64,000 nt of DNA, taken from positions 1,792,001 through 1,856,000 of the forward strand of contig OZ245002.1 in NCBI GenBank assembly GCA_965223415.1, written 5' to 3'. Below the pieces are notes generated by a model that saw nothing but the letters and a program-made list of their open reading frames with translations, did not search any database and had not been told where the DNA came from. The position numbers and the translations under genes were made by a program. This document shows positions 1 through 9,626 of this stretch, one piece after another. This DNA comes from Myxococcota bacterium. Its GTDB lineage: Bacteria > Myxococcota_A > UBA9160 > UBA6930. How positions within the stretch are numbered: position 1 is the first letter of the stretch; every line of letters begins with the position of its first letter.

Positions 1-307
1 ACAGGCCTGCCAGGATCTGGGCCCGGGCCGTGGCGATGGCCTGGGAGCCGGAAGCGCAGGCCCCGTAGGAGCTGGCGACCTGGGCGCCCTGCCAGCCCAG
101 GGCCTGGGCGAAGGTCGCGCCAGCGACGTAGCCCGGGTAGCCGTTGCGGATCGTGTCGCCGCCGGCGACGAACTGGACGTCCTTCCACTCGAGGCCCGCG
201 TCGGCCAGGGCGTCCTTGGCTGCCTTCACCCCGTACTCGACAAAGTTCCGGCCCCACTTGCCCCAGGGATGCATTCCGACCCCGAGGATCGCGACTTCAC
301 TCGACAT
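1..307 (-). CDS. Thiolase-family / lipid-transfer-protein-like (SCP2-type) enzyme, N-terminal part, runs off window
   Basis: Hand translation from ATG at 307: MSSEVAILGVGMHPWGKWGRNFVEYGVKAAKDALADAGL...SSYGACASG (Cys retained); directly downstream of a DUF35 gene. Confidence 0.85.
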   Translation of the reverse strand, partial: MSSEVAILGVGMHPWGKWGRNFVEYGVKAAKDALADAGLEWKDVQFVAGGDTIRNGYPGYVAGATFAQALGWQGAQVASSYGACASGSQAIATARAQILAGL

Positions 308-328
308 TCGTTGGACTCCTCGGGCTCG

Positions 329-760
329 TTAGGCGGCGGGGCGCCACTTCCAGACCAGGTACTCGTTGTCGTCGTCCTCGTAGAGGGTGTCGAGGACGAG
401 CTCCATCTCCATGCCAGCCTCGAGGTCCGCGACGCCGACGCCGCCCACCACCTGGCCGATCACGATCATCTTCTCCGCCTCGAGCTCCACGGCGGCGATC
501 GAGTAGGGCTCGAAGGGCTCCTTGGCCACGAAGGGCTCGGGCGGCGCGTAGCAGTTGTTGGTGAAGGACCAGACGCGGCCGGTCCGGGAGAGCGGGATCT
601 CCTCGAACTCGGTGCCGCCGCACTCCGGGTTGCGGCAGTAGGCCTCCTCCTTGGGGAAGAAGACGTTGCTGCAGCGGGTGCAACGGGTGCCGAGCAGGCG
701 CGGCGCCTGCCGGTCCATGGTGAACCAGCCGGGGACAGCGGGGACGGCGGTCTTGCTCAT
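329..760 (-). CDS. DUF35 Zn-ribbon/OB-fold protein (thiolase partner)
   Basis: CTRC...CRNPEC zinc ribbon, GRVWSFT and GMEMEL OB-fold motifs. Confidence 0.9.
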   Translation of the reverse strand: MSKTAVPAVPGWFTMDRQAPRLLGTRCTRCSNVFFPKEEAYCRNPECGGTEFEEIPLSRTGRVWSFTNNCYAPPEPFVAKEPFEPYSIAAVELEAEKMIVIGQVVGGVGVADLEAGMEMELVLDTLYEDDDNEYLVWKWRPAA

Positions 761-953
761 GGCGGGGGTTTATCACAGGGGTCCGGCGCCGGCCGGTGGG
801 CTGGCCCCGGGGGGAGCGAGCCCTATCGGAGGATGCGACCGGGTCGCGAGTGACATTTCCTGGTCCCCAGGCCACATACCCAACGGGGGGTTTCGGCTTC
901 GGCCACGGCCTCAAGATGCGGATTTTGAAGCGATTCTTCGCGGGAGACCTGAG

Positions 954-1520
954 ATGAAACGATCTGGTTGGTTTGGCGCGCTGTTGGCCGCGGTATTGCT
1001 CATCGGAGGTGCCGCCGGGGCGACTCCGATCTACGACGAAGGCACGGATGGGGACATTTCCACGGACGACACCCAGCCGACGATCATCACGGCGGTGGCT
1101 GGCCTCAACGAGATCGTCCTGACCTTCGGCCCCGGCGATACCCAGAACTTCTTCGAGATCGACCTCGGCGGGAGCCTGGCGCTCACCCAGGTGGTGCTGA
1201 ACGGCTTCTCGACGTCGCCGGCGAATCTCGCCAGCCTGCTCGGCAACTGCTCGCCCGGTGCCGGGTGCACCGCCTTCAATGCCCAGGCGAGTGAGCGGCT
1301 CGAGACGGCCGCCGTGGGCTCGGACCTGTTGCCGGGGCTGCTCGGGGACCTCGGGCCGAACGAGACCCTGACGAACCGCTGGGTGACTGCCGAGAGTCAG
1401 GCCTCCACGACCGTGAGCCTGATCTTCGTGACCACCACGGTGCCCGAACCCTCCCTGCTCGGACTCGGCCTGGTGGGGCTAGCCGCCCTCACTTTCAAAC
1501 GTCGTCTCGCCGATTCATGA
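954..1520 (+). CDS. PEP-CTERM sorting domain exported protein
   Basis: N-terminal signal peptide MKRSGWFGALLAAVLLIGGAAGA; C-terminal VPEP + hydrophobic helix + KRR. Confidence 0.9.
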   Translation: MKRSGWFGALLAAVLLIGGAAGATPIYDEGTDGDISTDDTQPTIITAVAGLNEIVLTFGPGDTQNFFEIDLGGSLALTQVVLNGFSTSPANLASLLGNCSPGAGCTAFNAQASERLETAAVGSDLLPGLLGDLGPNETLTNRWVTAESQASTTVSLIFVTTTVPEPSLLGLGLVGLAALTFKRRLADS

Positions 1521-1595
1521 AGGTGGGGTGAAACCGGCCCCCAGGCGTGCGCGGGGTCACGCCCTAAACGGGTTGGATCTGCTCCACTGTGACCC

Positions 1596-2255
1596 ATGGT
1601 GGAGAGAGGTTCGACGGACGCGGTCCACGATCGCGTCCAGGCGCACTTCGGTGAGGTGATCGACGAGGCCCGGCGCATGGAACGCCGGATCGCGGGCTGG
1701 GTCAGCCGGGAAGAGCTGGTTTCGTGGGGGGGCATGGGCCTGCTGGAGGCGGCCCAGCGCTTTCGGCCGGACTTCGGTGTTCCCTTCACCCAGTACGCCC
1801 GATACCGGGTTCGCGGCGCCATGCTCGATGGCCTCCGCGAGGTGAACGGCGTGCCCCAGGGGTTGTGGCGGGCGCGCTCCCGGGAGGATGAGGCGGCCTC
1901 CGCCACCCTGGACGCCCACGCCGAACGGGTGGCCGGTGCGCGCACCAGCGGCTGGCTGGCGGAGACCGGCTCCGACGAGTGGGGCCAGCCCATCGCGGTG
2001 GACCGGGAGCCGGATCCGGAGGCCATGGCCAGCGACCGGCAGCTCGCCGGGGTGGTCGAGGAGGCGCTGGACGCCCTTCCCGAGGCCGAGGCCACGGTCA
2101 TCCGCCGCCACGTCCTGGCGGACGAGCCCCTGGCGGAGGTCGCCCTGGAGCTCGGCGTGAGCAACCCGCGAGCCCACCAGATCCGCGCCCGCGCCCTCCG
2201 CCGCCTGGCCCCGCGCCTGCGCGGCCTCGCCCACCCCGAGCGCGCCGCCGGGTGA
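1596..2255 (+). CDS. Sigma-70 family factor, FliA/WhiG-like
   Basis: Region 2 ELVSWGGMGLLEAAQRFRPDFGVPFTQYARYRVRGAMLDGLR; region 4 HTH LAEVALELGVSNPRAHQIRARALRRL. Confidence 0.85.
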   Translation: MVERGSTDAVHDRVQAHFGEVIDEARRMERRIAGWVSREELVSWGGMGLLEAAQRFRPDFGVPFTQYARYRVRGAMLDGLREVNGVPQGLWRARSREDEAASATLDAHAERVAGARTSGWLAETGSDEWGQPIAVDREPDPEAMASDRQLAGVVEEALDALPEAEATVIRRHVLADEPLAEVALELGVSNPRAHQIRARALRRLAPRLRGLAHPERAAG

Positions 2256-2323
2256 GACAAGGGGACGTTCCTTTCTGTCTCACGGTCGCCGTGAGACAGA
2301 AAGGAACGTCCCCTTGTCTCACC
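2251..2323. repeat. REP/REPIN-like perfect palindrome, copy 1 (35-bp arms, 3-nt loop)
   Basis: GGTGAGACAAGGGGACGTTCCTTTCTGTCTCACGG-tcg-reverse complement, between convergent stop codons; near-identical copy at 40321. Confidence 0.9.
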
Positions 2324-3834
2324 TAGATGTCGCGGGTGCGGTTCTGCCAGTAGCGGTCGCGCAGGCGGCGGACGTAGAGCTTGCCGGCGGCGGTGCGCGG
2401 CAGCTCCGGCTCGAAGTCCACGGAGCGGGGCACCTTGTAGGCGGCGAGGTGCTCCCGGGCGAAGGCGCGCAGCTCCTCAGCCAGCTCCGCGCTCGGCGCA
2501 TGGCCGGGCGCCAGCTCGACGGCGGCCTTCACCTGCTCGCCCCACTCGTCGTCGGGAATCCCGAAGACACCCACATCGGCCACCGCCGGATGCTCCTGGA
2601 GCACCTGCTCGATCTCGAGGGGATAGATGTTCACGCCCCCGGAGATGATCATGTTGGAGCGGCGGTCCGACAGGTAGACCCAGCCGTCGGCGTCGACCCG
2701 CCCCACGTCGCCGAGGGTGTGCGTCATTGGGTCGAGAAAGGCACCAGCGGTCTTCTCGGGATCGCCGTGGTAGGAGAAGAACCACTCGGTGGTGGCGTGG
2801 CGTGCGTAGAGGTCGCCGTCCTCGCCCGGGGCGAGGCGCTCCCCGTCGGGGCCCACCGCGAACACCTCGTACTGGGGAAGGGCGCGACCCACGGTGCCCG
2901 GGTGCGCACCCCAGGCCTCCGCCTCGACGAGGGTGGTGACGCCACCCTCGGTCCCGCCCCAGTACTCGAGCAGGATCGGCCCCCACCAGTCGAGCATGCG
3001 CTGCTTCACGGCCACCGAGACCGGCGCGGCGCCGTGGAGGACGGTGTGCAGGGACGGCGCGGAGAACGCGGCGCGCTCCTCCTCCGGCAGGCGCAGCAGC
3101 CGCACGAACATAGTCGGGACGAGATGCGTGTGGTGCACCTCCTCCTCGCGCAGCACCCGCAGCGCCTCACGCTCGTCCCAGCGCGGCAGCAGGCGGACCG
3201 GCGCGCCGGCGGCCTGGTCGTAGACGGCAAACATGAGCGGCGCCGCGTGGTAGAGCGGCCCGGTGACGAGATGAGGCCCGCTGCCGTCGCAGGCGATCGA
3301 CCGCGCATAGGCCTCCTGCCCTTCGAGGGCCTGGCGAAGGCTCGGCGCCCGCCGGCGCATCACGCCCTTGGGCCGGCCGGTCGTGCCGCTGGTGTAGATC
3401 ATGTTGCCGCCCGCGGGACCGCCCAGCGCCATCGGCTCGTCGGAGGTGCCAGCGAGCAGCCCGTCGAGCTCGGCGCCCACGACGACGACCTGCGCTGCGC
3501 CGCCGGCCCGAGCCGCCGCCTCGTGCTCCGGGTCCGCGAACACCACCCGGGCTCCGGAGTCCGCCACCACGTAGGCGATCTCCTCCGGGGTGAGGTGCCA
3601 GTTGATGGGCGTCATCCACACCCCGGCGTGGATGGCGGCCAGGATGCCCTCGACCCCTTCGACCCGGTTCCCGATGAGCAGCGCCGCGTGGTCGTCGGGG
3701 GCCAGGCCGAGCTCGCCCCGGAGGAGCCGGGCCCAGCGGCTCACCCGGTCGAGGAGCTCTGCCCAGCCCCGCCGGCGGGTGCCGTCGGAGAGGGCGAGGC
3801 CCTCGGGATCGGTGCGCGCCCGGTCGTGGAGCAT
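2323..3834 (-). CDS. Acyl-CoA synthetase (AMP-binding family)
   Basis: YTSGTTGRPKG, EYWGGTEG, GDVGRVD, IISGGVNIYP, C-terminal PRTAAGK. Confidence 0.92.
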   Translation of the reverse strand: MLHDRARTDPEGLALSDGTRRRGWAELLDRVSRWARLLRGELGLAPDDHAALLIGNRVEGVEGILAAIHAGVWMTPINWHLTPEEIAYVVADSGARVVFADPEHEAAARAGGAAQVVVVGAELDGLLAGTSDEPMALGGPAGGNMIYTSGTTGRPKGVMRRRAPSLRQALEGQEAYARSIACDGSGPHLVTGPLYHAAPLMFAVYDQAAGAPVRLLPRWDEREALRVLREEEVHHTHLVPTMFVRLLRLPEEERAAFSAPSLHTVLHGAAPVSVAVKQRMLDWWGPILLEYWGGTEGGVTTLVEAEAWGAHPGTVGRALPQYEVFAVGPDGERLAPGEDGDLYARHATTEWFFSYHGDPEKTAGAFLDPMTHTLGDVGRVDADGWVYLSDRRSNMIISGGVNIYPLEIEQVLQEHPAVADVGVFGIPDDEWGEQVKAAVELAPGHAPSAELAEELRAFAREHLAAYKVPRSVDFEPELPRTAAGKLYVRRLRDRYWQNRTRDI

Positions 3835-3846
3835 CCGGGGAGGTTA

Positions 3847-3865
3847 CAGAAACGATACGTCTCGT
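3847..3865. promoter_or_regulatory. Putative TetR operator site 1, lying in the spacer of a predicted ipdA promoter
   Basis: CAGAAACGATACGTCTCGT; flanked by GTTACA (3843-3848) and TATGAT (3866-3871) with 17-bp spacing; matches sites at 42383 and 60171. Confidence 0.7.
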
Positions 3866-3948
3866 TATGATATTACCCTCCTCTTCCCCGGCGGGAGTGG
3901 TGCGCCCGAGATCCGCGGCGCAGACTCCCGGCCCACCCCGGGAGGCCC

Positions 3949-4797
3949 ATGGACAAGCGCACCACCGAGGCGGAGGCCGTTGCCGAGCTTCGCTCTGGCA
4001 TGACGATCGGCATCGGCGGCTGGGGCTCGCGCCGCAAGCCCATGTCGATCGTCCGGGAGATCCTGCGCTCGCCGCTCCAGGACCTCACCGTCGTCACCTA
4101 CGGCGGCCCCGACGTGGGGCTCCTCTGCAAGTACGGCAAGGTGAAGCGGCTCGTCTACGGCTTCGTCTCGCTCGACTCGATCCCGCTCGAGCCCCACTTC
4201 CGCGCGGCCCGCCAGGCCGGTGCCATCCCGGAGGTTCGCGAGCTCGACGAGGGCATGCTCCAGTGGGGCCTCTACGCCGCCGCCCTGCGCCTGCCCTTCC
4301 TGCCCACCCGCGCCGGCCTCGGCACCGACGTCCTGCAGATCAACCCGGAGCTGCGCATGGTGGCCTCGCCCTACGAGGACGGTGAGGAGCTGGTCGCCAT
4401 GCCCGCCCTCGAGCTCGACGCCGCCTTCATCCACATGAACCGGGCGGACATGCACGGGGGCGGCCAGTACCTGGGCCCCGACTTCTACTTCGACGATCTC
4501 TACTGCATGGCCGCCAAGCGCCGCTTCATGACCTGCGAGAAGATCGTGGACACGAAGGACCTGCTCTCGGAAGGCTCGCTCCACACCCTGCGCATCAACC
4601 GCACCCTGATCGACGGCGTGATCGAGGCCCCGGGTGGCGCCCACTTCACCGAGTGCCCGCCGGACTACGGCCGAGACGAGAAGTTCCAGAGCGAGTACGC
4701 GGCCACGGCGAAGGACCCGGAGGCCTGGGACACGTTCAAGTCGGCCTACCTCGACGTCTCCGAGGCGGACTACCAGCAGAAGGTGGCGAACCGATGA
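3949..4797 (+). CDS. ipdA: Steroid ring C-cleavage hydrolase alpha subunit (class I CoA-transferase fold)
   Basis: GMTIGIGGWGSRRKPMS, YGFVSLDSIPLEPHF, DEGM motifs as in Rv3551; context. Confidence 0.9.
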   Translation: MDKRTTEAEAVAELRSGMTIGIGGWGSRRKPMSIVREILRSPLQDLTVVTYGGPDVGLLCKYGKVKRLVYGFVSLDSIPLEPHFRAARQAGAIPEVRELDEGMLQWGLYAAALRLPFLPTRAGLGTDVLQINPELRMVASPYEDGEELVAMPALELDAAFIHMNRADMHGGGQYLGPDFYFDDLYCMAAKRRFMTCEKIVDTKDLLSEGSLHTLRINRTLIDGVIEAPGGAHFTECPPDYGRDEKFQSEYAATAKDPEAWDTFKSAYLDVSEADYQQKVANR

Positions 4798-5555
4798 CCG
4801 ACGCAACCCGCGCCGAGGTGTGCGCCGTGGCGGTGGCCGAGGCCTTCCGCGGCGACGGCGAGATCCTGGTGAGCTGCTTCGGCACCACGCCGGCGGTGGG
4901 CGCCCGCCTCGCGCGCCTCACCTTCGAGCCCGACATCCTGATGACCGACGGCATCTGCTCGCTGCTGGCGAACGTCGACCCGGTGAGCGGCGACAAGCCC
5001 GAGCCGGTGGTCGAGGGCTGGGCGCCCTTCCGCTCGATCTTCGATCTGCTGTGGGGCGGGCGGCGTCACGTGATGATGTTCGCCAGCCAGATCGACCGCT
5101 ACGGCAACCAGAACTTCGCCTGCATCGGCGACCACGCCCAGCCGAAGGCCCAGCTGCTCGGCATGCGCGGCGCACCGGGCAACACGATCAGCCACCGCAC
5201 GTCGTACTGGGTGTCGAACCACTCCCCGAACGTCTTCGTCGAGAAGGTCGACGTGGTGAGCGGCGTCGGATACGACCGGGCCCGGGCGCTCGGTCCGCAG
5301 TCCTCGCGCTTCCACGACATCCACCGGGTGATCTCGAACCTCGGCGTCTTCGACTTCGAGACCCCGGACCAGCGCATGCGCCTCGCGTCGGTGCACCCCG
5401 GCGTCACGGTGGACGAGGTGGTCGAGAAGACCGGCTTCGAGCTGGCCATCGACGGCGACGTGCCGACGACGCGCGGCCCGAGCGAGGAGGAGCTGCAGCT
5501 CATCCGCGAGGCCATCGATCCGAAGGGGCTGATCAACAAGGAGGTGCGGTCCTAG
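4794..5555 (+). CDS. ipdB: Steroid ring C-cleavage hydrolase beta subunit
   Basis: TRAEVCAVAVAEAFRGDGEI, QIDRYGNQN, LLGMRGAPGNT; ATGA overlap with ipdA. Confidence 0.9.
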   Translation: MTDATRAEVCAVAVAEAFRGDGEILVSCFGTTPAVGARLARLTFEPDILMTDGICSLLANVDPVSGDKPEPVVEGWAPFRSIFDLLWGGRRHVMMFASQIDRYGNQNFACIGDHAQPKAQLLGMRGAPGNTISHRTSYWVSNHSPNVFVEKVDVVSGVGYDRARALGPQSSRFHDIHRVISNLGVFDFETPDQRMRLASVHPGVTVDEVVEKTGFELAIDGDVPTTRGPSEEELQLIREAIDPKGLINKEVRS

Positions 5556-5565
5556 ACCGCGCGCC

Positions 5566-6633
5566 ATGCCCTCCCCCCTCCACACCCGGCTCTGCGACCT
5601 GCTCGGCGTGTCCGTGCCGATCGTGCAGACCGGCATGGGCTGGGTCGCGACGCCCGAGCTGGTGGCCGGCGCCTGCAACGCGGGCGCCTTCGGCTTCCTG
5701 GCGGCCGCGTCGCTGCCGCTGGACGAGGTGGAGAAGCGCATCGTCTCCACGAAGGAGCTGACGGCGCGCCCCTTCGGCGTGAACTTCCTGATGGACGCGC
5801 CCGGGGCGGAGGAGATCACCGACATGATCCTCCGTCACGGCGTGCGCGCCGCGGGCTACAACCGCGCGCCGAGTGCCGACCTGATCGATCGCCTCAAGGC
5901 CGGCGGCGTCCTGTGCGTGCCCACCTGCGGCGCACCGCGCCACGTGCAGAAGGCCGAGAAGCTCGGCGCCGACGCGGTGATCGTGCAGGGCGGCGAAGGC
6001 GGCGGCCACACCGGCACGATCCCGACCTCGCTCCAGGTTCCCGCCTGCGCCGACGCCGTCGACATCCCGGTGATCGCCGCCGGCGGCTTCAAGGACGGCC
6101 GCGGCCTGGTGGCGGCCCTCGCCTACGGCGCCGAGGGCATCGCCATGGGCACCCGCTTCCTGATGACCGCCGAGAGCCCGGTGCCGGCGGTGACGACGGA
6201 CCGCTACGCGAAGGCCGGCCTGATGGACGTGATCGTCACCCGCGAGATCGACGGCATGCCCCAGCGCGTCGTCGTGAACGAGCTGGTGCACGAGCTGGAG
6301 AACGCCGGGCCGCTGAAGCGCCTGCTCCTCGCGGCGCGGAACGGCCTCGAGTTCCGGCGCGTCACCGGCGCCACGATTCCCGAGCTGCTGCGCTCCGCCC
6401 TCTCGATGCGGAAGAACGAGGGCCTCTCGCGCTCGCAGATGCTGATGGCCGCCAACGCGCCCATCCTGGCGAGGCGCGCCATGAACGACGGCGACCCGGT
6501 GGGCGGCTACCTGCCGAGCGGCACCGTGGCCGGCGTGATCGACGACCGCCCCACCTGCGCCGAGCTGATCGGGCGCATCGTGCGCGAGGCCGAGGAGACG
6601 CTCGCGCGCCTCCAGGCCGGAAGCGAGGAGTGA
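5566..6633 (+). CDS. ipdC: Nitronate-monooxygenase-family flavoprotein, IpdC-like
   Basis: PIVQTGMGWVA, QGGEGGGHTG, AAGGFKDGRGL, GIAMGTRF; follows ipdAB. Confidence 0.85.
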   Translation: MPSPLHTRLCDLLGVSVPIVQTGMGWVATPELVAGACNAGAFGFLAAASLPLDEVEKRIVSTKELTARPFGVNFLMDAPGAEEITDMILRHGVRAAGYNRAPSADLIDRLKAGGVLCVPTCGAPRHVQKAEKLGADAVIVQGGEGGGHTGTIPTSLQVPACADAVDIPVIAAGGFKDGRGLVAALAYGAEGIAMGTRFLMTAESPVPAVTTDRYAKAGLMDVIVTREIDGMPQRVVVNELVHELENAGPLKRLLLAARNGLEFRRVTGATIPELLRSALSMRKNEGLSRSQMLMAANAPILARRAMNDGDPVGGYLPSGTVAGVIDDRPTCAELIGRIVREAEETLARLQAGSEE

Positions 6634-6637
6634 CCCC

Positions 6638-7399
6638 GTGGCCTTCACCGTGAACCTCGAGAACGCGGTCGCCGAGCTGGTGATCGACAACCCGCCGGTG
6701 AACGCCTTCGCCACCCGCCACTGGAGCGAGCTGGCGGAGCTCGTCACCTCCCTCGGCAAGGGCGGCGAGGCCCACGTGGTCGTGATCCGGGCCGAGGGGC
6801 GCGGCTTCCAGTGCGGCGTCGACGTGAAGGAGCTGGCGGAGGACGGCACGCTCATCGTCGAGGCCAACCGGGGCTGCTACGACCTGTTCGGCGCCATCTA
6901 CGACTGCAAGGTGCCGGTGATCAGCGCCGTGCACGGCTACTGCCTGGGCGGCGGCATCGGCATCGCCGGCTCGAGCGACCTCGTGATCTGCTCCGACGAC
7001 GCCACCTTCGGCCTGCCCGAGATCGACCGCGGCGCCCTGGGCGCCGCCACCCACGCCATGCGCATGTTCGGCACCCAGGAGGCGCGCCGCATGCTGCTGA
7101 CCGGCGAGCCGATCGACGCCGCCGAGGCCCATCGACTGGGCGGCGTGCTGCAGGTGGTGCCGAAGGAGAAGCTGCGCGACGCGGCGCTCGAGCTGGCGGC
7201 GAAGATCGCGAGCAAGAGCCCGAAGGCGGTCGAGCTCGCCAAGTGGTCGCTGAACGGCATCGAGCTGCTCGATCCGAAGGAGAGCTACCGCTACGAGCAG
7301 GGCTTCACCCTCGAGCTCTACACGAGCCCGGACTCGCAGGAATCGCGCGACGCCTTCGTCGAGAAGCGCGATGCGGACTTCGACGGAAGCAAGAAGTAG
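6638..7399 (+). CDS. echA20: Crotonase-family ring D hydrolase, EchA20-like
   Basis: PPVNA, GYCLGGGIG, FGLPEIDRGALGAATH, SYRYEQGFTLEL. Confidence 0.85.
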   Translation: MAFTVNLENAVAELVIDNPPVNAFATRHWSELAELVTSLGKGGEAHVVVIRAEGRGFQCGVDVKELAEDGTLIVEANRGCYDLFGAIYDCKVPVISAVHGYCLGGGIGIAGSSDLVICSDDATFGLPEIDRGALGAATHAMRMFGTQEARRMLLTGEPIDAAEAHRLGGVLQVVPKEKLRDAALELAAKIASKSPKAVELAKWSLNGIELLDPKESYRYEQGFTLELYTSPDSQESRDAFVEKRDADFDGSKK

Positions 7400-7401
7400 C
7401 G

Positions 7402-8559
7402 ATGGACCTGGACTACACCCCCGACCAGCAGGCCTTCCGGCGCGAGGTCCGCGAATGGCTCGAAGCCAACGTGCCGGCCGAGCCGCTCCAGAGCTTCGAC
7501 ACCGCCGAGGGCTCGAAGCAGCACCGGGAGTGGGAGGCGCGCCTCAACGCCGGCGGCTGGGCGATGGTGCCGTGGCCGGTGGAGTACGGGGGCCGCGGCG
7601 CCAACCTGCTCGAGTGGCTGATCTTCGAGGAGGAGTACTACCGGTCCGGCGCGCCCAAGCGCATCAACCAGAATGGCATCTTCCTGCTCGGCCCGACCAT
7701 CATGGAGTACGGCACCGACGAGCAGAAGGCGCGCTTCCTGCCGAAGATGGCGGCGAGCGAGGAGGTCTGGGCCCAGGGCTGGAGCGAGCCGAACGCCGGC
7801 TCGGACATGGCCAACATCCAGAGCACCGCGATCCTGGACGGCGACCACTACGTGGTGAACGGCCAGAAGACCTGGGCCTCCCGGGGCGCGTTCGCCGACT
7901 GGCTGTTCGGGATGTTCCGCACCGACCCGGAGAGCGAGCGCCACCGCGGCCTCACCTTCATCCTCGTTCCCCTCGACCTCCCGGGCATCACGGTGCGGCC
8001 GATCGAGCAGCTCGACGGCCTGCCCGGCTTCGCCGAGGTGTTCTTCGACGACGTGCGGGTGCCGGCGGTGCATCGCCTCGGCGAGGAGGGCAAGGGCTGG
8101 AACGTGGCGATGGCCACGGCTGGCTTCGAGCGCGGGCTCATGCTGCGCAGCCCGGCCCGCTTCCAGGACACGGCGCGGCGGCTGGTCGAGCTGGCCCGCG
8201 CCCACGGCGACACAGTGGAGCGGGCGATGCAGAGCGAGGTGGCGCGCTGCTGGATCGCCGCAGAGGCCTACACGCTCGAGACCCACCGCACGGTCTCGCG
8301 GCTCCTGGCCGGCGGGAAGATCGGCGCCGAGGCCAGCCTGAACAAGATCTTCTGGAGCGAGCTCGACCTGCGTATGCACGAGCTGGCCCTCGAGATCCTG
8401 GGCGATCGGGGCGAGCTCCTGTCCGGGGCGCCGGCCGCGGACGGTGTCGGCAGCTGGCTCGACGGCTACCTCTTCGCGCTCTCGGGCCCGATCTACGCCG
8501 GCACGAACGAGATCCAGCGCAACATCATCGCCGAGCGCATCCTGGGGCTGCCGAGGTAG
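7402..8559 (+). CDS. fadE31: Acyl-CoA dehydrogenase, FadE31-like
   Basis: WAQGWSEPNAGSD, ERGLMLRSPARF, LSGPIYAGTNEIQRNIIAERILGLPR. Confidence 0.8.
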   Translation: MDLDYTPDQQAFRREVREWLEANVPAEPLQSFDTAEGSKQHREWEARLNAGGWAMVPWPVEYGGRGANLLEWLIFEEEYYRSGAPKRINQNGIFLLGPTIMEYGTDEQKARFLPKMAASEEVWAQGWSEPNAGSDMANIQSTAILDGDHYVVNGQKTWASRGAFADWLFGMFRTDPESERHRGLTFILVPLDLPGITVRPIEQLDGLPGFAEVFFDDVRVPAVHRLGEEGKGWNVAMATAGFERGLMLRSPARFQDTARRLVELARAHGDTVERAMQSEVARCWIAAEAYTLETHRTVSRLLAGGKIGAEASLNKIFWSELDLRMHELALEILGDRGELLSGAPAADGVGSWLDGYLFALSGPIYAGTNEIQRNIIAERILGLPR

Positions 8560-8561
8560 GT

Positions 8562-9626
8562 ATGGACTTCCGTTTCGACGACGACCAGGAGCTGCTCCAG
8601 ACGACAGTGCGCGAGTTCCTCCAGGGCGAGGTGACGCCGGAGGTGGTGCGCGGCCTCTGGGAGACCGACACCGGCCGCTCCCCCGAGCTGTGGAAGCAGC
8701 TGGCCGAGATCGGGCTGCCGGGCCTGCTCGTGCCCGAGACCCACGGCGGCATGGGCATGAGCGAAGAGGAGATGGTGCTCCTCATCGAAGAGTCCGGCCG
8801 CGCAGCGCTCGCGGAGCCGGTGATCGGCACCGCTGCGGTCGCCGTGCCGCTCCTCACGGACTTGGGCGGCGCGCTGGCCGACGAGTGGCTGCCGAAGATC
8901 GCGGCGGGCGAGGCGGTCGTGGCAGTCGGCCATCCGGTGAGCCCGTTCGTGGAGGACGCGCACGTCGCAGGTCTGCTGCTGCTACCCGGCGACGATGGTG
9001 GCTTGCATGCCGTGCCCGCGGCGAACGCGGAGATCACCGTGCAGCCGGCCAACGATCCCGGGCGCCGCATCGCGAGCGTGGCCTTCTCGGTGGGCGAAGC
9101 CACCTGCGTGGCGAGCGGCGACGAGGCGAGCGCGCTGCTCGCCGCCAGCCTGGATCGCGGCGCCCTCGCCTGCGCCGCCGGCGCCCTCGGCGTGTGCGAC
9201 CGCATGCTGGCGCTGGCCGCCGAGTACACCAGCGAGCGCAAGCAGTTCGGCAAGCCGATCGGCTCCTTCCAGGCCGTGAAGCACATGCTGGCGGACGTGA
9301 AGGTGAAGCTCGAGTACGCGCGCCCGGTGGTGCAGCGCGCGGCCCATTCGGTGGCCCATGCCGCGGCCCACCGCGACGTGCACGTCTCGATGGCCAAGCT
9401 CACCGCCTGTGAAGCGGCGACCCTCGGTGCCAAGACGGCGCTGCAGGCCCACGGCGCCATCGGCTACACCTGGGAGCAGGATCTCCACCTCTGGATGCGC
9501 CGTGCCTGGTCCCTGGACCAGGCGTGGGGCCGCGCTTCCTTTCACCTGGGCCGGGTGCGGGAGGCGCTCTTCGCGAGCGACCTCCCGATCGGTCCGGGAA
9601 CCACGTTCCAAGCAGGAGAAGCATGA
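8562..9626 (+). CDS. fadE32: Acyl-CoA dehydrogenase subunit, FadE32-like
   Basis: RKQFGKPIGSFQAVKH, LQAHGAIGYTWEQDL; adjacent to fadE31. Confidence 0.7.
   Translation: MDFRFDDDQELLQTTVREFLQGEVTPEVVRGLWETDTGRSPELWKQLAEIGLPGLLVPETHGGMGMSEEEMVLLIEESGRAALAEPVIGTAAVAVPLLTDLGGALADEWLPKIAAGEAVVAVGHPVSPFVEDAHVAGLLLLPGDDGGLHAVPAANAEITVQPANDPGRRIASVAFSVGEATCVASGDEASALLAASLDRGALACAAGALGVCDRMLALAAEYTSERKQFGKPIGSFQAVKHMLADVKVKLEYARPVVQRAAHSVAHAAAHRDVHVSMAKLTACEAATLGAKTALQAHGAIGYTWEQDLHLWMRRAWSLDQAWGRASFHLGRVREALFASDLPIGPGTTFQAGEA

Noticed and set aside
2098..2326. ORFs with repeated RQGDVPFCLT/RQKGTSPCLT peptides (also near 40350)
   Set aside because: Translations of the palindromic repeat, not proteins
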